Source: Burkholderiaceae bacterium
GTDB taxonomy: Bacteria > Pseudomonadota > Gammaproteobacteria > Burkholderiales > Burkholderiaceae_E
DNA length: 64,000 nucleotides
NCBI GenBank assembly: GCA_050633665.1
Contig: JBOEGY010000006.1
Coordinates: forward strand, 564,824 to 628,823
Reading direction: 5' to 3'
The position numbers and the translations under genes were made by a program. Shown piece by piece: positions 49,588 to 56,996 of the stretch (the first letter of the stretch is position 1; every line of letters starts with the position of its first letter). The notes beneath the pieces are model-generated. The model saw only the letters and a program-made list of their open reading frames with translations, had not been told where the DNA came from and searched no databases.

Positions 49588-49614
49588 GAGGGGTCGAGCC
49601 CCTCAGTCGGTACC
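49588..49614 (+). repeat. Degenerate copy of a tRNA-Thr 3' half (T-arm + acceptor 3' strand); candidate att remnant that can also fold as a hairpin
   Basis: gaggggtcgagcccctcagtcggtacc versus tRNA 40076-40103 gagagttcgagtccctcagtcggcacc gives 23/27 identities in the same orientation. GAGGG/CCCTC forms a perfect 5-bp stem. Confidence 0.6.
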
Positions 49615-49615
49615 G

Positions 49616-50413
49616 CTAACTGGCAATGAGATCAAACCGTTTGATCCGATAGAGCATCAACGCCAATACCGAACTGAGCAAGGTGCAGGCCCCGATTACC
49701 CACAGGCTCCCGGAAGCGGCCGGGTAGTTCGAAAAAATCGCTACCCGAATCAAATCAAGCCAGTGTGCCAGAGGGTTCATTAGCGCCCATTCGCGCAAAT
49801 TACCCGGCAACGTCGCCAGCATGAAAAAGATGCCAGACGCAAAATACAACGGGCGCATGACTGCCGGAACAAATTTGCCGACGTCGGGCCGCCGGTTCGT
49901 CGCAATGGCCAGAATCAGACCGATCGCGCCGCTGAAAACCAGCAGACTAAGTACCAGGAAGACGAGCAGAAGCGGATTCTGAATCTGAACTGGAAACCCC
50001 AGCCACCAGGCAATGGCTGCCAGTACAATCGCAACGCTGATGAACATGATCAGTTCAACCAGCATCCTGGTGATCACGGTATCAATGGGTTTCACCGGGC
50101 TGAACCCCATCAGCCCTCGGTTTGATGCCATTGCCACCATGCATCGTGTGACGGTATTGCTGAATAACAACCATGGCGCAACGCCACTGGCAAGGAAGAC
50201 AGGGAAGCTGATGTTGGGCATGGTTCGCGCACTGAGCAGCCCGAATACAACCAGCAACGTGCCGATGTGTACCAGAGGCTCCAGCACGACCCACAGGTAG
50301 CCGAGGCGATGGTCGCCAAACCGGGTGCGTAACTCGCGCAGGTATAGGGCAAAGACAACCGCGCGTTGTACCTGCCACGCCGGACGTCTGCTTGGCGCTG
50401 AATAGACGTTCAT
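49616..50413 (-). CDS. ABC-2 type polysaccharide export permease (KpsM-like)
   Basis: 265 aa with about 6 TM segments. The N-terminal segment VVFALYLRELRTRFGDHRLGYLWVVLEPLVHI matches the KpsM/Wzm-type pattern. Confidence 0.8.
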   Translation of the reverse strand: MNVYSAPSRRPAWQVQRAVVFALYLRELRTRFGDHRLGYLWVVLEPLVHIGTLLVVFGLLSARTMPNISFPVFLASGVAPWLLFSNTVTRCMVAMASNRGLMGFSPVKPIDTVITRMLVELIMFISVAIVLAAIAWWLGFPVQIQNPLLLVFLVLSLLVFSGAIGLILAIATNRRPDVGKFVPAVMRPLYFASGIFFMLATLPGNLREWALMNPLAHWLDLIRVAIFSNYPAASGSLWVIGACTLLSSVLALMLYRIKRFDLIAS

Positions 50414-51228
50414 GATGACCAGAAATCAATCATTTGAAAGAGTCTTTCGCGGGTTAGGTGGTTGGTGCTGTGGTCTCCAGCGACGAAGTTCCGGTTATAG
50501 GACAGTCGCAGGTCGTCCAGTGAGGCGACCAGGCGGTTGACAGCCGAGACGTCGGCCGGATATTCCCCGTGCTCCAGGTGCAGCCTGGGTCGCGACGGAT
50601 ATCGGTACACGAAGTCATGCATATCGACCCAACTGCTGCCCACCTCGCGAATCTTTCGTTCCCAGTTCTGGAGCGAGTGGCGGCGGGTGCTCGCATAGTC
50701 GATTTGCGGGTTGATTGCGATAATGCCACCCACATCAAGCCAGAAACCGAAATACAGGGCTGCATAACCGCCCATCGAGCTGCCCAGCAGGTAAGTCTCT
50801 TTTACGCCGAGCCCGTTTTTCTCTAGCAGTCCGCTGATGAATCGGTGATGTCGAAGATTCATCGCCTTTTGATCATCGCCAAGGTAGTAGTGATGTGATT
50901 CATCCTTGAATACGATGTATAAGTCTTCGCTGCCGCTCATGTGTCGGTCGAAGAACCATGACCAGCGCTCGTACTTGCCAGGACTCATGCTGGAAAACGA
51001 GATAATCGCCTTGCGTGGGTTGGCACCGCACATGACCAGGGCGTCAATGCCGTTTTCCTGCACCACGAATCGCTCGAATGGCTTTGGCGTCGGGGGTGTT
51101 GGGGCTGCTTCGGCGCGGCCAGGGGGGGTGGGCGGCTGAGCCGGCAAAACCTGTGCGGCGATTGCGGGGGTGTCCAGCGGGGGGCTCGGATTGGTTCGCA
51201 CAGATGTCGGATCGGTGATCAACTTCAT
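50410..51228 (-). CDS. Alpha/beta-hydrolase-fold protein with a Pro-rich N-terminus (function unknown)
   Basis: 272 aa. Nucleophile-elbow motif LGSSMGGYAALYFG and a late GDHS segment that could supply the catalytic His. I recognise no specific family. Confidence 0.5.
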   Translation of the reverse strand: MKLITDPTSVRTNPSPPLDTPAIAAQVLPAQPPTPPGRAEAAPTPPTPKPFERFVVQENGIDALVMCGANPRKAIISFSSMSPGKYERWSWFFDRHMSGSEDLYIVFKDESHHYYLGDDQKAMNLRHHRFISGLLEKNGLGVKETYLLGSSMGGYAALYFGFWLDVGGIIAINPQIDYASTRRHSLQNWERKIREVGSSWVDMHDFVYRYPSRPRLHLEHGEYPADVSAVNRLVASLDDLRLSYNRNFVAGDHSTNHLTRERLFQMIDFWSS

Positions 51229-51908
51229 GCCGGGACGGTTGCAGATGAGACGACGTCGTCAAATTGCCGGAAAGGCAAATGGGGTCGCAGAAGCGAATGC
51301 TCGCTGCAATTGACTAACTGGCAGCCGGCTTGCGCCATGACCTTGGAGGCATTGGCGATGTTCCAAATCTGAACTGACGTAAACGAGTCTTCAATCTGGG
51401 GGTTGGCTTCAGTGTAGCAACGAGGCGATTCGGCGCTGTATCGTAAATCAACCCCCATCAGGAAAACCCGTCGGCATCCCATAAAGGCCGCAAGCTGAAT
51501 CGCAAGCATGGTTGTCGTGCACCCATAGAAAAATCCGGCGGACAAGTCTGCTGAAAAACCGTCTCGCTTGATATGCGGCGTGTAAGTGGTTCGATCTGCG
51601 AATGCCGGATCGTCATCGGCTTCCAGGTCGGCGCGCAGCACTCGAATCGTGCTGGCGTCTAAGTCGCTGGTCGCCCATCTTCGTTTGACCGGGTGGGTGA
51701 GGAATCGGCGATCAGAAACAACGTAGTAGTCCTGAATGAATCCGAACCGACTCTGGAGGCTGGTCGATCCGTTCATGCCGATGACCAGCTTGTCAGTCAG
51801 TTTGGTCAGGTCTTCGTTTAGAACAGAAGGGCCGTTTCCCAGAATAAAAACATCTTTGTCCTGCTCTTTGTTACGCAAACTTCCGGCGACGTCAAAGTAC
51901 ATTGTCAT
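51225..51908 (-). CDS. Hypothetical protein, DUF115/MptE-like or GT42 sialyltransferase-like
   Basis: 227 aa. DVFILGNGPSV...VIGMNGS near the N-terminus and GCRRVFLMGVDLRYS later. The resemblance is recalled from memory and is not verified. Confidence 0.4.
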   Translation of the reverse strand: MTMYFDVAGSLRNKEQDKDVFILGNGPSVLNEDLTKLTDKLVIGMNGSTSLQSRFGFIQDYYVVSDRRFLTHPVKRRWATSDLDASTIRVLRADLEADDDPAFADRTTYTPHIKRDGFSADLSAGFFYGCTTTMLAIQLAAFMGCRRVFLMGVDLRYSAESPRCYTEANPQIEDSFTSVQIWNIANASKVMAQAGCQLVNCSEHSLLRPHLPFRQFDDVVSSATVPA

Positions 51909-52881
51909 AGACCTTAATATACGGTTTGATCAGTGCTTCGGGCCGAAGATGCTCGCAATAGTAGTCATAGCTCTCCTGCTGTAACCGGCGGGTCAGCTCA
52001 AAGTCGTCAGACAGATTAATCAGTAATTCCTGAGCCGTTTGCTCGTCGGCATAGGTAAACGGCGGAAGATCTTCAGTGTCTGCACATTGGGCCATCATGG
52101 CTCTGCAAAAAAAGTCGGCCCGGTTCACTACAATATTGCCCGCGCACAGACCTTCAAGGGAAACCTGGTGGAAAGCACCGGTCACTATTTCATCAATGGT
52201 CACGTGGCAGGTTTTACGCAGAAACATCAGGGTTGATGGCGACAGTGGCTTCTCAGGTGTCACCAGTTCAATCTTGCCCAATGTGGCCAAGGCCTCGAGA
52301 ATTTTCATCAGGGAATCGGAACATTTCGAGTTCCAGCGTCCACCGCGGGTGTGACTCGGGCTGAACAACACACGCAGCGGCTCACCTTGCTTACGCAAAT
52401 TGATCGTCGGTTGATCCAGCACCAAATTCGGCACCGGCGTGTAATCGGGGTAATGGCGTGGTTGGTATTGACCCACGACCAATCGTGCCCGAAAAGGCAG
52501 CCTGATGGTTTTTGCCCGTTCATAGTACAGAGGGCCTTCACCAAGCGGCGAATGGACTTGATAGACGTATGCGGCGCGAGGCGCAAGACCTTGAATCCAG
52601 TCCTGTTGCTCCGCAGGCAGGTCATTATGGACATGAATGATGTCAGCCTGGGCGAGGGCATGGTCTATCGAGTCGAGGCAGTAGTCATCGGCGTTATCAA
52701 CGATAAGTGAATCGGCGATAAATTTCCCGGACAGTGGGCCGCCGGACGGATAATCGCGCAAACAAATATGCAGGGCTTCGAAGCCGTTGGTATTCAGGAC
52801 CCGGGTTACTTTCGCCGGAGCGCCGACCAGCGGGGTCGGACTGATATGAATGACGTTAACGGACATCGAACAGCATTCCAT
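51892..52881 (-). CDS. Divergent GT-B-like glycosyltransferase (hypothetical)
   Basis: 329 aa. C-terminal half has RVLFSPSHTRGGRWNSK and FHQVSLEGLCAGNIVV, resembling the GT4 EX7E region. The start could instead be the Met at 52866. Confidence 0.45.
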   Translation of the reverse strand: MECCSMSVNVIHISPTPLVGAPAKVTRVLNTNGFEALHICLRDYPSGGPLSGKFIADSLIVDNADDYCLDSIDHALAQADIIHVHNDLPAEQQDWIQGLAPRAAYVYQVHSPLGEGPLYYERAKTIRLPFRARLVVGQYQPRHYPDYTPVPNLVLDQPTINLRKQGEPLRVLFSPSHTRGGRWNSKCSDSLMKILEALATLGKIELVTPEKPLSPSTLMFLRKTCHVTIDEIVTGAFHQVSLEGLCAGNIVVNRADFFCRAMMAQCADTEDLPPFTYADEQTAQELLINLSDDFELTRRLQQESYDYYCEHLRPEALIKPYIKVYDNVL

Positions 52882-54940
52882 CTCTCAGGGCCAGGCGAAT
52901 CAGATCGCTCGCTGACTCGCCATTTTCAACGGCCTCGCATAACGAGCGATATCGCATATAGACCGAATCCAGAACAAGCATTCGTTTTATGCTTGGCGCC
53001 ATGTTGCGCAGATAGTCGTCCAGGCAGTCGGCCTTGATTGCGCGCATTTCGCCAAGCTCGATAATCCCCTGAAATCTATTCGGATCAAACCCGAACAACT
53101 CAGGGTCGTAATCGTTCGCACCGATCAGTGGCAGCAACATGTCGGGCTGCTTGGGGCCCAGTTCCTGGACGACGCGTCGAATCGTTGCCGGGAGGTTTTC
53201 GGCCCGCAAGAACGGGGTACTTCGTCGCCAGGGGGCAGGGCTGGACGGGGCGCAGCGATTGTCGAAAATCAGGGCGTCGGTTGATACCGGGTCTAGTGGC
53301 AGATCTGCCGGAGCCCGGTCGGTCAGAATCAAAACGGTTTTTCCGGTCGGCATGCAAGCCTTGAATGCTCGAATCAGGTGGGCTGGGGTATCGACGAAGA
53401 AGACAAAATCGAATGTTTCGATTTTCTCTTTGTTCTTGCGATCAATGCGTTCAATGATTGAATCGTCCGTCTGATCGATCAGGTCGTCGTATTCGAACAA
53501 AGACAGGTTACGGGTCTGGGTGGGCGAAAAGTCTTCAAAACAATCCAGGTTCGCGCAAAGCTGGGCGATTCGTTCACGGTCACCACTGTCATGAGCCAGG
53601 CCGGTGGTCCAGCCATTGGCTTTTTTGTTCGGCAGATCGATCTTGATGAAGTCTGTTTTCTTGATCCGACTGACCAGTTGCCGCTCGGGATAGCGGCTCG
53701 CTCTGCTGGCCGGTTTGATATTCAGTCCTGACGCGGTGTTGAAAACTTGTCGGGTGACGGCGGCGTGAGCCTCTGGACGAGTTAGCGTACTGCGCAGCGT
53801 TGAATCCAGCCAGAACTGATTCGGATCGCGCACCAGTTTGCGCACTTTTCGTTGCAATATACGGCTGCGTTGTGTCCAGTCCGTGCGGTTCATTCTCTTG
53901 ATTTCCTGGGTCAAAGTCTGCCTGATATTGGTGTGGTCTGGCGAGCTCAAAGGAGGAATCGACGCAGGTCGAGTCTGTCGTAACAGGGTGTTGGTGGCCA
54001 TATCGAATCCACAGTTTATTCGTGAGATCGCTTCATCAACGTTCGAAATACGGGTCTCTTTCAGCGCTGATTCAACTTTAGTCGCAAGGTCATCCAGGCT
54101 GAACGGCTTCGCGTGATACAGAAGATCGTTGCCCGCGTATTCTGTTAAGCCCAGGTGTGACCAGCAGACTATTCGACAACCCGCTGCGAGAGCCTCTAGT
54201 CCAACCATCGAGGCGGTCTCAAATTGACTCGGAATGATGACGACTTTTGATCTGGACAGCGCTTCGGCTCGTTTCGCCGGCGTGTCGGCGGCTAGCGCGA
54301 TCGCGTTTCGCGGCAATCGCAAATCTTGAGCGGCAGTGGCGAGTGCAAAGCGACAATCGGGCAGCCGCTTTATCAGTGCGCGCACATAGTCCCGTCCTTT
54401 CAGTGACTGCCAGCGCCCCAGAAACAAGACATCAATATCGGGTTGTCTGCGGCGGGTTTCGCTCGGCGGCGCCGGGTTTGGATAGACGACAACGCCATCG
54501 GGAAGTCTGAAAGACATATTGCCGGCGGTTACCGCAGCCTGAGAGGGCGCGGAAATCATCCACGCCCGGTCCAGTAGTTCTTGCTCTAGTGTCTGGGCTG
54601 TTTCGTCTACCGGCAGGCCCTGGAGTCTGGCGCCGAGATCTCTGGAGCCATGTAGCCGAACGTGTATGAGCCAGCGCTTGTCGATATGTCGTGCGGCGGC
54701 AAGCGTTTCCGGGACTTCAACAATTGCACCGGGGCGGGCGGTTCGCGCGAGCTCACGTGGCAGCCTCTTGGCGAAGGCCTCGATGGATTCATCAGCTTGT
54801 CGGGTGATCTGGGTGATCGAGTCGGCTTGTTGCCGGAGGCGTTCGCCAGCAAGCTGACAATAACGCGTTACGCCGCTTGTATGCGATGAGAAGGGATCGA
54901 CCAGGACGTAGCTCGCCCGGGCCTGGTCAGGTCTAACCAC
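52856..54940 (-). CDS. 694-aa protein: N-terminal GT4-type glycosyltransferase domain plus ~350-aa uncharacterised C-terminal region
   Basis: GT4 signature VVIIPSQFETASMVGLEALAAGCRIV at about aa 240-265. I cannot assign the downstream region (RKVRKLVRDPNQFWLDS ... DFVFFVDTPAHLIRAF ...). Confidence 0.6.
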   Translation of the reverse strand: MVRPDQARASYVLVDPFSSHTSGVTRYCQLAGERLRQQADSITQITRQADESIEAFAKRLPRELARTARPGAIVEVPETLAAARHIDKRWLIHVRLHGSRDLGARLQGLPVDETAQTLEQELLDRAWMISAPSQAAVTAGNMSFRLPDGVVVYPNPAPPSETRRRQPDIDVLFLGRWQSLKGRDYVRALIKRLPDCRFALATAAQDLRLPRNAIALAADTPAKRAEALSRSKVVIIPSQFETASMVGLEALAAGCRIVCWSHLGLTEYAGNDLLYHAKPFSLDDLATKVESALKETRISNVDEAISRINCGFDMATNTLLRQTRPASIPPLSSPDHTNIRQTLTQEIKRMNRTDWTQRSRILQRKVRKLVRDPNQFWLDSTLRSTLTRPEAHAAVTRQVFNTASGLNIKPASRASRYPERQLVSRIKKTDFIKIDLPNKKANGWTTGLAHDSGDRERIAQLCANLDCFEDFSPTQTRNLSLFEYDDLIDQTDDSIIERIDRKNKEKIETFDFVFFVDTPAHLIRAFKACMPTGKTVLILTDRAPADLPLDPVSTDALIFDNRCAPSSPAPWRRSTPFLRAENLPATIRRVVQELGPKQPDMLLPLIGANDYDPELFGFDPNRFQGIIELGEMRAIKADCLDDYLRNMAPSIKRMLVLDSVYMRYRSLCEAVENGESASDLIRLALRDGMLFDVR

Positions 54941-55084
54941 AAGAGACTTTCGCAGCCGGTTAATAAAGAAGTGGCGAACGCCTCGTTAAGCGGCGTCATC
55001 GAACTTTGATTATCGACACCTCGGGTGCGGCCAATTCCGTAAAAAGGAAAGCAGAAACCGGCTTTATCGGCTCTATCGAATGGA

Positions 55085-55864
55085 TCAGCCCACGCTGGTC
55101 TTGTCGCGCAGATGGCGACCGGCGGTGGCGGATCGAGTTTGGCCAAGTTCGTTGCCGATCAGCGCACCAATGACCAGGCAGCCGCCCCAAAGGGTGGCGT
55201 CCGCAGGGCGTTCGCCAACGCCCAGCCAGACCCATACCGGGCCAAAAACGACTTCCAGCAATAGAATCATCGCGACTTCCTGTGGCGCGAGATACCGGGC
55301 TGCAATGACAATCAGACTGCACGGCAAGCCCAGTTGAAAGACTCCAAGGGCTGCCAGCCAGGCAATGTCGCGACCAGTTGCGCTTACCGGGAAGAGTAAC
55401 GGCAGCATCAACAACGAGGATATGGCTGCGCCAATCAGGATTGCCGGCAGAAAATCGATTTGCCCCTGGTTTTTCTTGAGCAAGATCAGATTGGTGGCTG
55501 AGGCCAGAGGGACTGCGGCGGCGATCAGCATTCCCCAGTGGCTGTGGGGCAGGCTGTCCTCAGACAGTAGCCCATCCGACACCATCCAGATGCACCCCAG
55601 TGCGGCGACGGTTATCGCCAGCCAGGTGTGTGGCGCAATTCGTTCGCTCAGAAAGAGCCGCGCCATCAATGCGGCCACTAACGGCGCTATCGCGATGAGG
55701 ATCAATGCGTTGGCAACAGTCGTCAGAGTCAGCGCGACTGAAAAGCAGGTGAACATGACTGCCCAGAGCATGCCCGACAGCAAGATTGGCCAGCCGCCCC
55801 GGCGCAGTTCGCGCGTCCAGTGCTGCCGTTCGCGTGCGATCAGGATGGCCAGCAAGAAAATCAA
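55085..55864 (-). CDS. EamA/DMT-family transporter (the N-terminus as called is probably truncated)
   Basis: 259 aa from TTG, with about 9 TM segments. A further 65 in-frame codons upstream encode a typical first TM helix but contain no ATG, GTG or TTG (see findings). Confidence 0.8.
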   Translation of the reverse strand: MIFLLAILIARERQHWTRELRRGGWPILLSGMLWAVMFTCFSVALTLTTVANALILIAIAPLVAALMARLFLSERIAPHTWLAITVAALGCIWMVSDGLLSEDSLPHSHWGMLIAAAVPLASATNLILLKKNQGQIDFLPAILIGAAISSLLMLPLLFPVSATGRDIAWLAALGVFQLGLPCSLIVIAARYLAPQEVAMILLLEVVFGPVWVWLGVGERPADATLWGGCLVIGALIGNELGQTRSATAGRHLRDKTSVG

Positions 55865-56100
55865 ACAGGTGAATGAGCGCCAGAAGGTGATTTCAAATCC
55901 GGCCGCTTGTTCGAGTCGGCGTACGACAATACCGGCACTGCTTAACAGCAGGCCACAAATGATCAGCGTGGCAATTGCAAGTCCGCGTGTATGTCTGCTG
56001 GGCTGGTGGGTTGGGCTTGAAGGGATGGCTTGCTCCTGACGGGGAAATACTGACCACCGCTATTATCTGTCAGACCGAATCACAAGTGAGCATCTTCCAA

Positions 56101-56904
56101 ATGAATCTGAGAGACAAAGTTATTGTTATTACCGGAGCGGCCAGCGGAATCGGGGCCGGCCTGGCGCAACGGTTTGCGGCAGAGCAGCCCAGGGCAATCG
56201 TCTTATCTGACTTACCCGCCCAGCAGTCGGGCCTGGAGGCAGTCGCGGCCGAATTGTCAGCGGCTGGTGATGCCGCCCCTGAAACCGTGATTCATCCGGC
56301 TGATGTGGGGGTTGAGGCGGATGTACAAGCACTGACGGCCGCCGCTCTAACTCGCTTTGGCCGCGTGGATTTATTCTGTTCCAACGCCGGCATCATCCGG
56401 GATGGCACCGAACACGCGCCCGATTCGGAATGGAATCTTAACTTTCAGGTACATGTGATGGCGCACCTCTATGCCGCCCGTGCGGTTGTGCCGTCAATGA
56501 TTGCAGCCGGGGGTGGGTATCTGCTCAATACCGCCTCAGCGGCCGGATTGATTACGTCGCTCCCGTCAGCGACTTATGCGGTTAGCAAGCATGCGGCTAT
56601 CGCGCTCGCAGAATATCTGTCTATCAGCCATGGTGACGATGGCGTTCGTGTCTCCGTGCTTTGTCCGCAGGCGGTGGCTACTCCAATGATCAGCGGTCGT
56701 GCAGGCTCGATGGCCGCAGCGAATGACGGGGTGATCAGCGCGCAGGATCTTGCGGACTGTGTGGTCAAAGGGTTGGCCGATGAAAAATTCCTGATCCTCC
56801 CGCATGCTGATGTGTTGACGTATTTCCAGCGCAAAGCCGCAGACTACGATCGGTGGCTGGGCGGCATGCGTCGGTTCGCGAAACGTTTGCGCGGAACTGC
56901 CTAG
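56101..56904 (+). CDS. Short-chain dehydrogenase/reductase
   Basis: 267 aa from MNLRDKVIVITGAASGIGAGLA (TGxxxGxG), NAG motif CSNAGI, and catalytic YAVSKHA. The ORF-track start at 55975 is an extension. Confidence 0.9.
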   Translation: MNLRDKVIVITGAASGIGAGLAQRFAAEQPRAIVLSDLPAQQSGLEAVAAELSAAGDAAPETVIHPADVGVEADVQALTAAALTRFGRVDLFCSNAGIIRDGTEHAPDSEWNLNFQVHVMAHLYAARAVVPSMIAAGGGYLLNTASAAGLITSLPSATYAVSKHAAIALAEYLSISHGDDGVRVSVLCPQAVATPMISGRAGSMAAANDGVISAQDLADCVVKGLADEKFLILPHADVLTYFQRKAADYDRWLGGMRRFAKRLRGTA

Positions 56905-56969
56905 ACCGTCAGTTGCAGGTGCAATTGCACTGATACTGGACAGTGCGTCGGCCTCCGGTTGGGCTCGGG

Positions 56970-56996
56970 CGCCCGATCAATTCGGGCGGGTTTTTC
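56970..56996 (+). terminator. Rho-independent terminator downstream of the SDR gene
   Basis: cgcccga-tcaat-tcgggcg, followed by ggtttttcc. Read directly. Confidence 0.5.

Noticed and set aside
54941-55084. Looked for a JUMPStart/ops element (GGCGGTAG) upstream of the glycan operon
   Set aside because: The motif is not present on the coding (minus) strand of this leader, so no RfaH-type antitermination signal can be claimed.
55365-56039. 224-aa plus-strand ORF opposite the EamA gene
   Set aside because: The minus-strand frame is a typical polytopic DMT transporter. The plus frame is a shadow ORF.
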